Assembly: GCA_016787645.1 (NCBI GenBank)
Contig: JAEUUF010000020.1
Coordinates: forward strand, 138,062-202,061
Length of the DNA: 64,000 nucleotides
DNA from: Cyclobacteriaceae bacterium
GTDB taxonomy: Bacteria > Bacteroidota > Bacteroidia > Cytophagales > Cyclobacteriaceae
Reading direction: 5' to 3'
The position numbers and the translations under genes were made by a program. Numbering within the stretch: position 1 is the first letter of the stretch; the number at the start of each line of letters is the position of its first letter. Shown one piece after another: positions 9,338 through 17,770 of the stretch. The notes beneath the pieces were generated by a model. It saw only the letters and a program-made list of their open reading frames with translations, ran no database searches and was not told the origin of the DNA.

Positions 9338-10504
9338 TCAAAAACTTCCGCTTGCGCCTCCGCCTCCAAATTGTCCCCCGCCACCTTTAAATTCTTCGGC
9401 TGGCTTCTCCGCGTTGCCTCCCAGGGTTTGAGAGACAACAAATCCAGCGAGGTTCACATTGTCCCACTTCTTGGCCAGCAGTTGTTCACGGGTAAAACCG
9501 CGACGGGGTGTTTTCAGATAGGCTAACAACCATCCGGTGATGGCGAGTAGGACCGCGCCGGCAATGGTCAATGTTATTTCCGGGCGACCCAGGGAGAAAT
9601 AGTACTTGAATGTAAATACGCTGAAGGCCAGGATAATGATTGACACGCGCAGGAGGACGATGTCCCTGTTCTTGATCCCCATGTAAAGGAAGAAGATCGG
9701 AACCATCGCTGTCAACCCATAAAACATCCCGGCAAATGGAATATCCTGTCCCTCGACAAGCGAAAGGTTCATGAGCGAAATGCTCAGCTCCCGTACCACC
9801 ATATAGTTTCCTCCGGCATAGATCAATAGGAGGCTCAGTGATTCCACCACCACAAACACATCGTGCCATTCTTCTCCCTCAGGCCGGGACTTCCACCATC
9901 GATTCAGAAAATAGATACCACTGAAGGCAATGATGATTACAAACGGAATGACCTGCCGGAAGATCCCGTTAAGTTCGTAACATTCATAAAAGAGGAGTCC
10001 CGCGAATACCAACACGGTTAGCGCGGTACAAATCAGATCGATGTATACAATGGCCACATAGCCCAGCACCAGAAGGCAAGCTATAAGAATCACATGCTCG
10101 TTTGCATCAGTCAATCCCGCTACGCCACCGATGAGATAGCCGCTGGCATGGTAGATGATTGCCTCCACTACACCGGATTTATAATGATGACCATCAATTA
10201 TCAACACGCGCTGGACGAGCACAAATGAACCAATACCCGCGATCAATGCAGCGATGGAAATTCCTATTTCCCCAACATCACCAAGGATGAGAAAGAAGAT
10301 ACCCGAAGCGCCCGACAGCGCAAAACTGGTTGCGATGAAAAGCAGGATGCGAATGATCAGGTTGGGGTGATAGAGGTTGCTGGGGTGAGCCTGCAGGATT
10401 GCCTGTTCTTGTTCCGGCAAGATCAGGCCGTGCTTCATCCATTCCCGCGATGCCTTGATCACGGCGAGATTATACAAATCGGTGCTGGAATAAACACTCC
10501 TCAT
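9338..10504 (-). CDS. Polytopic membrane protein with Gly-rich C-terminal tail (GGGGQFGGGGASGSF)
   Basis: About 10 hydrophobic segments. ATG 10504 overlaps the upstream stop as ATGA, so it is preferred over 10585. Confidence 0.75.
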   Translation of the reverse strand: MRSVYSSTDLYNLAVIKASREWMKHGLILPEQEQAILQAHPSNLYHPNLIIRILLFIATSFALSGASGIFFLILGDVGEIGISIAALIAGIGSFVLVQRVLIIDGHHYKSGVVEAIIYHASGYLIGGVAGLTDANEHVILIACLLVLGYVAIVYIDLICTALTVLVFAGLLFYECYELNGIFRQVIPFVIIIAFSGIYFLNRWWKSRPEGEEWHDVFVVVESLSLLLIYAGGNYMVVRELSISLMNLSLVEGQDIPFAGMFYGLTAMVPIFFLYMGIKNRDIVLLRVSIIILAFSVFTFKYYFSLGRPEITLTIAGAVLLAITGWLLAYLKTPRRGFTREQLLAKKWDNVNLAGFVVSQTLGGNAEKPAEEFKGGGGQFGGGGASGSF

Positions 10505-11466
10505 TCTGATCGGGAGAACAGTTTTCGATACCGGATGATGAACAAAATGAATCCGCCGCACGAAAAGATGAAATAGAGAAACCAAATCATGGGTTCGGAC
10601 AGGATTGTCTCAGCCAGCAGGTAGGTCAAAGCAATGTACCCGGCCAGGAAGGCATAGAGCAGCAGTAGAAACGAACGCCGCTGGCGTGCCTGATAATAAG
10701 AGAAGGCACACCCGGCAAAAATGAGCAGTACGAAGAGAAAATAATTCTCATTCAGAAACATCGCAGCGATCGCACCTGCAAAGAAGGTCAGTGTCGCGAA
10801 ATTCAAGTACGTAAAGGTGAAGTGCGTCTTGATTTTCTTCCAATCCAGGAGCAGTCCCACCGCCGCCAGCGCTGCACCAAAAATTATAGCGGTGGTATAC
10901 AAGTGAGATCCTGTAAAGAAATTGCCGCTGTACCACTTCTGGGGAGAAAGGCTGATGCTCCAGAAGGATGCCAGCGCGGTGATCGCCAGCGAGAGCACGC
11001 CGATGTGGTCAAACCGGTACGCCACAAAGAAGAAGAACAGTGCGGTGATCAATGTGCTATACCCAAGGTTCTCGGTCAGCAGTTCATATTGAAACTGGAG
11101 ATACCCCTGCACCGAAATAAAAAGCAAGCTCCCCAGGAGCACCACATAATCAAAATAGGGTGTTGGGCCCGGAGTAACTCCATTTGAATAGTCCGGTCCC
11201 GCCCGAAAAACATAGATAAAACAGGCGGCCGTGATCACGATCAGCAGTCCGATGATCAGTTGGTGACCGAGGTCACCTATGTTCTGGTAAACCAGGATTC
11301 CAACTCCTGTGGTGAAAAGCAGCACGCCGAGGTAGAACAAGGTGCGCAGCTCAAACCAAAGCGAGATGATTTTTCCGGATACAATCGGATCAATTCGGTC
11401 ATACTGATCCCGGGTGACGAGACCCTTGTCAAGGAGGTCGTTGAGGATGCGGTTGTTCAGATTAAT
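10501..11466 (-). CDS. DUF2157-like membrane protein with probable non-ATG start
   Basis: The frame is open upstream of the track's TTG 11340 (LNNRILNDLLDKGLVTRDQYDRIDPIVSGKIISLWFELRTLFYLG) up to an in-frame TAA at 11470-11472. Only ATT (11466), CTG (11460), ATC or a later ATT are available as starts. The family call is from recalled motif similarity. Confidence 0.7.
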   Translation of the reverse strand: MNLNNRILNDLLDKGLVTRDQYDRIDPIVSGKIISLWFELRTLFYLGVLLFTTGVGILVYQNIGDLGHQLIIGLLIVITAACFIYVFRAGPDYSNGVTPGPTPYFDYVVLLGSLLFISVQGYLQFQYELLTENLGYSTLITALFFFFVAYRFDHIGVLSLAITALASFWSISLSPQKWYSGNFFTGSHLYTTAIIFGAALAAVGLLLDWKKIKTHFTFTYLNFATLTFFAGAIAAMFLNENYFLFVLLIFAGCAFSYYQARQRRSFLLLLYAFLAGYIALTYLLAETILSEPMIWFLYFIFSCGGFILFIIRYRKLFSRSE

Positions 11467-11478
11467 GGTTTATGCTTT

Positions 11479-12786
11479 TCACTTTTTGCCCGTGGGCATG
11501 AACATATAATCCGTCGTCACATTTAACATCGCCTTGATGCCCGTGATGAAGCCCTTCTCATCAATCATGAAGTCCGGCGTGTGGTGGGATGGTGCCTTGG
11601 CAGGATCCTGGCCGGCAGGCAGTGCGCCAACAAAAAAGAACAATCCCGGCACCTGCTGCTGGAAGAAGGAGAAGTCCTCTGCGCCCGTCGAGGCATTGAT
11701 GCGAACGGTCTTGTCCTTGCCGGCTGCTCGCTCGAGGCTGGCCGCCATCTTTTCCGTGAGCGCCGGGTCATTGTATGTAATCGGGTAGCCGCGACGAATG
11801 ACCACTTCGGCCGTAGCACCCGCGCTCTCTGCGATTTTGGTGGCAGTCAATTTGATCTTCTCATGAATCTTGTCCTGCATCCCCGCATCCAGTGTGCGGA
11901 TCGTGCCGGCCATGAAGGCTTCTTCCGGGATAATGTTCTCCCGTATCCCGGATTGGAACCTCCCCACGGTGATGACCGCCGCTTCTTTCGTCAACTCGCT
12001 CTGCCGACTGATAATGGTCTGCAACCCGGTAATGATCTGTGCCCCCACTACAATCGGATCCACTCCCATCCACGGGGCCGAACCGTGCGCTTGTCTGCCC
12101 TTCACCGTAATGGAATAGGTATCAGATGCGGCCAGCAATCCACCAGGCCGATAAGTGATCATCCCGAGCGGCGTCATCGAACTGATGTGCATCCCAAAAG
12201 CGACATCTACTTTCGGGTTCTCGAGTACGCCTTCTTTGATCATCAGCTCGGCACCGCCTTCCTCACCCAAGGGTGCTCCTTCTTCCGCAGGCTGGAAAAG
12301 AAACTTGATGGTTCCCTTCAGGTCCGTTTTATTTTTCACGAGTACCGTGGCCACACCCATGAGGATGGCCGTATGCGAGTCGTGACCGCAAGCATGCATC
12401 ACGCCAGTCTCCTGGCCGTTAAAGACAGCCTTCTCCTTCGAGGCAAATGGCAGGCTGTTGCGCTCGGTCACCGGCAGCGCGTCAATATCAGCGCGCAGGG
12501 CTATCACCGGCCCGGGCTTGCCGGTGCGCAGAATCGCCACCACGCCGGTCTTCGCCACCGGGTGCTGCACTTCAAGGCCAAGCGATTTCATGTAGGCGGC
12601 AATGTATTCACCGGTCTTCGTCTCCCGGTTCGACAACTCAGGGTACTGGTGAAAATGCCGTCGCCATTCGATCACCTTGGCTTCTACCTCGTTCGCCTGC
12701 GCATCCAGTTTGACCTGGAGCTTGGGATTAATTTGTGCATGAGCGCTTATGGCAACACAGCAAAAAATCAGGGAAATCAGTTTCAT
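11479..12786 (-). CDS. M20D family amidohydrolase, secreted
   Basis: Signal peptide, RRHFHQYPELS, ALRADIDALP, MHACGHD, FQPAEEG, GAEDFSF, HHTPDF. Confidence 0.93.
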   Translation of the reverse strand: MKLISLIFCCVAISAHAQINPKLQVKLDAQANEVEAKVIEWRRHFHQYPELSNRETKTGEYIAAYMKSLGLEVQHPVAKTGVVAILRTGKPGPVIALRADIDALPVTERNSLPFASKEKAVFNGQETGVMHACGHDSHTAILMGVATVLVKNKTDLKGTIKFLFQPAEEGAPLGEEGGAELMIKEGVLENPKVDVAFGMHISSMTPLGMITYRPGGLLAASDTYSITVKGRQAHGSAPWMGVDPIVVGAQIITGLQTIISRQSELTKEAAVITVGRFQSGIRENIIPEEAFMAGTIRTLDAGMQDKIHEKIKLTATKIAESAGATAEVVIRRGYPITYNDPALTEKMAASLERAAGKDKTVRINASTGAEDFSFFQQQVPGLFFFVGALPAGQDPAKAPSHHTPDFMIDEKGFITGIKAMLNVTTDYMFMPTGKK

Positions 12787-12790
12787 AAAT

Positions 12791-14110
12791 TTATTTGGTC
12801 TTCGGTAAAGTAGTTCGATTCATATAATCCGTCGTCAACGTCAGCAACGACTTCACCCCGACAATGAGACAGCGCTCGTCAATCATGAAATCAGCTGTGT
12901 GGTGTGTCGGCTGCGCGGTAAGATTCATGTCAGCGGGATAAGCCCCGACGAAAAAAAACAAGCCCGGCACTTTTTGCTGGAAGAACGAAAAGTCTTCGGC
13001 CATCGTGACCGGCGCAATCACTTTCGCGTTTCCTTTACCAGCCGCGCGCTCCAGGCTGGGCGCCATTTCGCGAGTAAGTGCAGGATCGTTGTAGGTGACC
13101 GGGTACAAAATGTCAATCCCCACTTCAGCGGTTGCCCCCGCGCTCTCGGCAATTCTTGTTGCCGTCGTCCGGATCTTGTCGTGCACTTTCTTTTGCATCT
13201 CGGCATCAAAGGTGCGGATGGTGCCCTCGAGGATGGCCTCCTCCGGGATGATGTTGCGGCGAATGCCCGAATGCATGCTTCCCACCGTAATGACGGCCGC
13301 CGCTTTGGTGAGCTCGGTTTGCCGGCTTACGATCGTCTGCAACCCCAGGATAATCTGGCTGCTGACCACAATCGGGTCAACACTGTCCCAGGGCGTCGCA
13401 CCGTGCGCGCCACGGCCCTTGACTTTGATATTCAGGTTGTCCACGGAAGCCATCAGTCCTTCTGGCTTGTATGCCACCGTACCCAGCGGCACCAGGGACT
13501 GGAGATGCAAGCCAAACATGACATCGACTTTCGGATTTTCCAGCACGCCTTCCTTGATCATCAATGAAGCGCCGCCTTCCTCACCGGGAGGAGCGCCTTC
13601 CTCCGACGGCTGGAATATAAATTTCACGGTTCCTTTGAGCTCACTCTTGTTCTTGCTGAGGATCTCCGCGACACCCAGGAGAATGGACATGTGACCATCG
13701 TGCCCACAGGCATGCATGACGCCCGTTTCCATCCCATTAAAATTGTCTTTCACCTTCGAGGCGAAAGGAAGGCTGTTGCGCTCAGTCACCGGCAGCGCAT
13801 CCATATCTGCCCGAAGACCAATGACCGGACCTGGTTTGCCGCCTTTCAGGATTCCCACCACGCCGGTTTTCGCGATCGGGTATTGCACTTCCATGCCCAG
13901 GGCACGAAGTTGTTCGGCGATTTTCGCGCCGGTTTTGACCTCCCGGTTGGAAAGCTCAGGGTTCTGGTGAAAGTAGCGGCGCCATTCAATGAGTCGGGGC
14001 TCAATCTCTTTGGTTTGCTGATCCAGTTTCGCCTGTAAAGACGGGCTGGTCTGTGCCCACAACACGCACGCCTGCAACAGGACAAGTGCGCTCAGTGTTA
14101 TTTTTTTCAT
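12791..14110 (-). CDS. M20D family amidohydrolase, secreted (tandem paralog)
   Basis: Same motifs (GLRADMDALP, MHACGHD, FQPSEEG, AEDFSF). Start at ATG 14110 (MKKITLSAL). Confidence 0.93.
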   Translation of the reverse strand: MKKITLSALVLLQACVLWAQTSPSLQAKLDQQTKEIEPRLIEWRRYFHQNPELSNREVKTGAKIAEQLRALGMEVQYPIAKTGVVGILKGGKPGPVIGLRADMDALPVTERNSLPFASKVKDNFNGMETGVMHACGHDGHMSILLGVAEILSKNKSELKGTVKFIFQPSEEGAPPGEEGGASLMIKEGVLENPKVDVMFGLHLQSLVPLGTVAYKPEGLMASVDNLNIKVKGRGAHGATPWDSVDPIVVSSQIILGLQTIVSRQTELTKAAAVITVGSMHSGIRRNIIPEEAILEGTIRTFDAEMQKKVHDKIRTTATRIAESAGATAEVGIDILYPVTYNDPALTREMAPSLERAAGKGNAKVIAPVTMAEDFSFFQQKVPGLFFFVGAYPADMNLTAQPTHHTADFMIDERCLIVGVKSLLTLTTDYMNRTTLPKTK

Positions 14111-14153
14111 CTTTGTCAAGGTAGAAAATTCCTCCCCCACGGAAAACATCGTT

Positions 14154-14474
14154 GTGAACTGGGTCCGCATCTTTTCCTCGGTCGGTCAAATGGAAGCAGC
14201 CTTGACGGTGAACAAGCCGCGCTTATTGCTCGCTGGAGGTAAACGCATTTGCCTGGTCAGAACCCCCGAACAGCTTCTTGCCGTGGAGGACAAGTGTTCC
14301 CATAACGGAGAGTCCCTTAGCCGAGGGCAGGTAAACTACCTTGGTGAAGTGGTGTGTCCATGGCACGGCTACCGGTTCAACCTCCGCACCGGACGCGAAA
14401 GCGGCGAGCGTTCCAATGATCTTGAGGTGTTTCCTACTCGTGCAGATGAGGATGGAGTATTTGTTGGAATATGA
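14154..14474 (+). CDS. Rieske [2Fe-2S] ferredoxin-like protein
   Basis: CSH and CPWH Rieske ligand motifs; GTG start. Confidence 0.88.
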   Translation: MNWVRIFSSVGQMEAALTVNKPRLLLAGGKRICLVRTPEQLLAVEDKCSHNGESLSRGQVNYLGEVVCPWHGYRFNLRTGRESGERSNDLEVFPTRADEDGVFVGI

Positions 14475-14516
14475 CACCGATGAAATAGATTACGGTGTTA
14501 TTCGTTAACCTTTGAC

Positions 14517-15509
14517 ATGACCTGGGTACGTACGTTCCGCTTTTATTTAATACTCGCACTGGTTGGCGTATGGGCTTTCCCGGTGACATTGGCGCAGGTC
14601 AATTCACTGAACATTACTTCCAATCCCCCCGAAAAACTACTGAGTGCCCGAACGGTTGCCTTATACAACTACCGGCTAACCAACGACGAGCTTAAGGAGT
14701 TTCAACGCGGCTTCCAGCGCATCGGCATAGATGCAGTCGCCTATTTCCCTGAAGATGTAGTGTATGCCGGCAAGGATGCTGCATTGGCCTACGCGGCCTA
14801 TTTCACCGAAAGGAACATTTCCTATGTCCTCTTCCTCGACAAGGGCGTCTCCGGCTATCAATTTACCGTAACCGCTTTCAACCAGAAGCCGACGCTCGTC
14901 GACGGTACCACGCCCGCATGGAGAGTTAACAATCAAAAAATCAATGAACTGCTTGGGGAGGTCCTTCGCGTATCCTGGCAGTCGCAGAAAAAGGCCAACT
15001 ACCTGGTCAACGATTTTCCTGAAACGGATATAAAAGTGGAAGCAATCCGGGGTCGCCGTCAAGAATTCTACGCTATCGATCTGAAAGTGGACAATCTCGC
15101 TGTACCCAAGTTTGGCGATGAGGCCATGGACAAGGCGCTCGAGGAGTTTTTTGTAGCCAACTACCCATTGCGTTACAAGGTGGTCGAAGCGGGCGCTGAT
15201 GAAAAGGATCTTCGCAGTAAAGGTTTTCTTTATGTGCTCGCCTACGTACACACCCGGGGAGAGGCCGCGAAGCAGGTGCTTGACTATGACTTGAGCAAAG
15301 GCGAAAAGAATTACGCGTCCATCACATATCCCGATGGTCAGTTACAACTTAAAATTTTGCCGAAGGATGAAGTGATTTACAAATTCTACTTCCGCCACAT
15401 TGATAATGGAAACGTATTCCTGGGCACGAAGTGGGATGCCGACACCAACTGGCTCGATGCCTTGCGCAATCACGTACTGGGGTTCAAACAAGAGGCGAAA
15501 ATTAATTGA
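14517..15509 (+). CDS. Exported hypothetical protein
   Basis: 330-aa ORF with an N-terminal signal peptide (..VTLA-Q); no motif recognised. Confidence 0.7.
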   Translation: MTWVRTFRFYLILALVGVWAFPVTLAQVNSLNITSNPPEKLLSARTVALYNYRLTNDELKEFQRGFQRIGIDAVAYFPEDVVYAGKDAALAYAAYFTERNISYVLFLDKGVSGYQFTVTAFNQKPTLVDGTTPAWRVNNQKINELLGEVLRVSWQSQKKANYLVNDFPETDIKVEAIRGRRQEFYAIDLKVDNLAVPKFGDEAMDKALEEFFVANYPLRYKVVEAGADEKDLRSKGFLYVLAYVHTRGEAAKQVLDYDLSKGEKNYASITYPDGQLQLKILPKDEVIYKFYFRHIDNGNVFLGTKWDADTNWLDALRNHVLGFKQEAKIN

Positions 15510-17235
15510 TCGCCAGCAAGCCGGCACTACCTCTGAGATTTTCATCGGCTTCTGCAAACGCCTTTTCAAAACGCACTCGAATGGCATCCGCCTCTTTGCT
15601 TTTTCCCTGCGCTTTTAAAGCCCGATAAAGTCCGCCCAGCGACCACCCATTTTCAGGGTACATTGTAAGATCGTCCCGGAACATGTTTTCTGCCTCGTGA
15701 TATTTTTTCGCTTTAAGAAGAACATTGCCCAGGATTTCGCGCACAGGATAATACCAATCCGGGGGTTCCTGGTACAACAGACCGTCTTCCGCCACCAACG
15801 CTTTTTGAAGGGTTGTGATCGCCTCATCGTGTCTGCCTGTACTGGCCAGGTACTCTCCTTCCAACACGTAAGTCGCGATACCGATCACGTGCGAGAAACT
15901 GTTGACGCTCCAAATCTTCTGGTTGGTTAACTCAGGAATGGCGTGAATGCTTCGGATGGCCTCGAGATGCTGTTTCGCGTCCTCCGGCTTGTTGATCTTC
16001 ACCGCGGCCATACCATTTGCGTAGTGCCAGATCGCCAGTACATAAGAGAGTGAATCAGCGGGTTTCGCTTCATTCGCCAATTCACCCCATTGCCCAAAAC
16101 GGACCATCGTGTACCAGGGTGATACATAATAGTGTTGCAACGTCAGCCAATCAGGCTCTCCCATTTTAGAGACTGCTGTTTTGGCAACCAGTCGTCTGGC
16201 GACATCGAGCGCGAGTTTTCCCTGGCCGGCCATTTGAGCGCATGCCCAGTAGAAGTGATAGTTGTGTGGGTAATAGGAAAGCGGGTAGATGCCCTGTGCC
16301 CTGCACGTGCTGATGTAATCTTCATCCGCGAGGACCGCCTTCTGGTTGGCTTTGATGCCGTCCGAATACCTTCCGGTTCTTATATAAATGTGTGAGGGCA
16401 TGTGCACGAGATGGCCCGCGCCGGGCACCAGGTCTCGAAGCAAATCCGCGCTGGCCATCGCTTTGCCAGGGTTGGATGAGGCTTCGTTGATGTGGATGTA
16501 GTAGTGGTTTGCCCCAGGATGTCGCGGTGAGCGTGACATTACTTTTTCCATCAGCGCAAGAATCTCTGGCGTCCACGGTTGCGGTTTGCCATTTCGGAGC
16601 CAATAATCCCAGGGGTGCAGATCCATCAGTGCCTCTGAGGTTAATGTTGTGACCTCGTCCACATCCGGAAACTTTGTTTGCAGATTTCGCATGGCGTCTG
16701 CATATGCCTGATCCAGTGGCGATCGATCCGCGGGCGCTTGTGCCACGTATCGCCTGGCAATCGCTTCAATAAGTCCTTGTTCGAGCGGCGTTGTCTTTGC
16801 GGCATTTACTTGCGCTCGTCGCACCGCATTGTAAACTACAGTCGCATCAGATGCATCCATGGGCGCGTTGATGTTCGGGCCCAACGAAAGTGCCTGTCCC
16901 CACCAGCACATGGCGCACGAGGGATCAAGTCGTGCCGCCTCGCGGAAGGAACGATAAGCCTCTAGGTGGTTGAATCCATAGTAAAGATTCAATCCCTGGT
17001 TGAAGAATTTCTGCGCCTCTTCGCTGGCGGTAGTTATTCGAAAACCATAATCACCCAGGGTGGTGAGCAAGGGAGCAATCTGCCTCGTGGTGTCCATCGC
17101 CTTTAGTGCGGCTGTGGATTGTTGCGTCGCACATACGGAACCGGCTCCCGCCTGGGCGCTTTCTTTGGATTGCTTCCCACATGCCACCAGTCCGAGGAGA
17201 GCCAGGAAGAGCAGAATGTTTTTCTTCGTAATCAT
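15502..17235 (-). CDS. TPR-containing lipoprotein with conserved-looking His motifs
   Basis: Start at ATG 17235; lipobox LLGLVA-C; helical repeats; HPGANHYYIH, GHLVHMPSHIY, YPHNYHF. Confidence 0.75.
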   Translation of the reverse strand: MITKKNILLFLALLGLVACGKQSKESAQAGAGSVCATQQSTAALKAMDTTRQIAPLLTTLGDYGFRITTASEEAQKFFNQGLNLYYGFNHLEAYRSFREAARLDPSCAMCWWGQALSLGPNINAPMDASDATVVYNAVRRAQVNAAKTTPLEQGLIEAIARRYVAQAPADRSPLDQAYADAMRNLQTKFPDVDEVTTLTSEALMDLHPWDYWLRNGKPQPWTPEILALMEKVMSRSPRHPGANHYYIHINEASSNPGKAMASADLLRDLVPGAGHLVHMPSHIYIRTGRYSDGIKANQKAVLADEDYISTCRAQGIYPLSYYPHNYHFYWACAQMAGQGKLALDVARRLVAKTAVSKMGEPDWLTLQHYYVSPWYTMVRFGQWGELANEAKPADSLSYVLAIWHYANGMAAVKINKPEDAKQHLEAIRSIHAIPELTNQKIWSVNSFSHVIGIATYVLEGEYLASTGRHDEAITTLQKALVAEDGLLYQEPPDWYYPVREILGNVLLKAKKYHEAENMFRDDLTMYPENGWSLGGLYRALKAQGKSKEADAIRVRFEKAFAEADENLRGSAGLLAIN

Positions 17236-17330
17236 GCAGAAATGAAATCGGGTTATTGCCACGAGAACATGTCCGTCACCTGACGGCATGAGCAATATAC
17301 CAATTTCAGCCGGCCTGCTTTGACTAGGGA

Positions 17331-17633
17331 TCAGGCTCGTTGGCGCCTCGACATGGCAATGATCAGAACGATCACACAAAGGATGAAGAATCCACGACCT
17401 GACAGGTGGAACCATCCTCCGTCAAACAAATCACATGAACCAAAGAGCAACTTGAACGGGAGTGCAATCAAGGCAAAAAAACCACCGAGGAGGGCCCCAA
17501 AGATTCCAAACAAGGCGCCGAAAACCCCCGCAAAAACCCCGATCACAATGCCTCCGATGGTAAGCCAGACAGGCGCCGTGATCACCAGAATTAAAATCAA
17601 CAGGATGGTGGAGGATGAACTGCGGCTCTGCAT
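17331..17633 (-). CDS. Small membrane hypothetical protein
   Basis: 100-aa, largely hydrophobic ORF filling the gap, co-oriented with its neighbours. Confidence 0.6.
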   Translation of the reverse strand: MQSRSSSSTILLILILVITAPVWLTIGGIVIGVFAGVFGALFGIFGALLGGFFALIALPFKLLFGSCDLFDGGWFHLSGRGFFILCVIVLIIAMSRRQRA

Positions 17634-17770
17634 GGCGATAGTTTGTCCTTTCCCTGCAAAAACCGTTCTGAATCCCCAAAAGGGCTAATCTGATTCAATT
17701 TTCAAGGTGTTATTAGTCCAGGATATCCATAGTGTTGAAAAATGAACAGTCCCGGGTTCACCGGTGAACA

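Noticed and set aside
11581-12813. 410-aa plus-strand ORF
   Set aside because: Antisense shadow of the M20D amidohydrolase; no motifs.
17236-17415. ORF-track 5' extensions (here 60 aa; also 1836, 5251, 9298, 10585, 14170, 22600, 50383, 57768, 57886)
   Set aside because: They overlap neighbouring genes or repeats and precede obvious signal-peptide or family starts; downstream starts were chosen.
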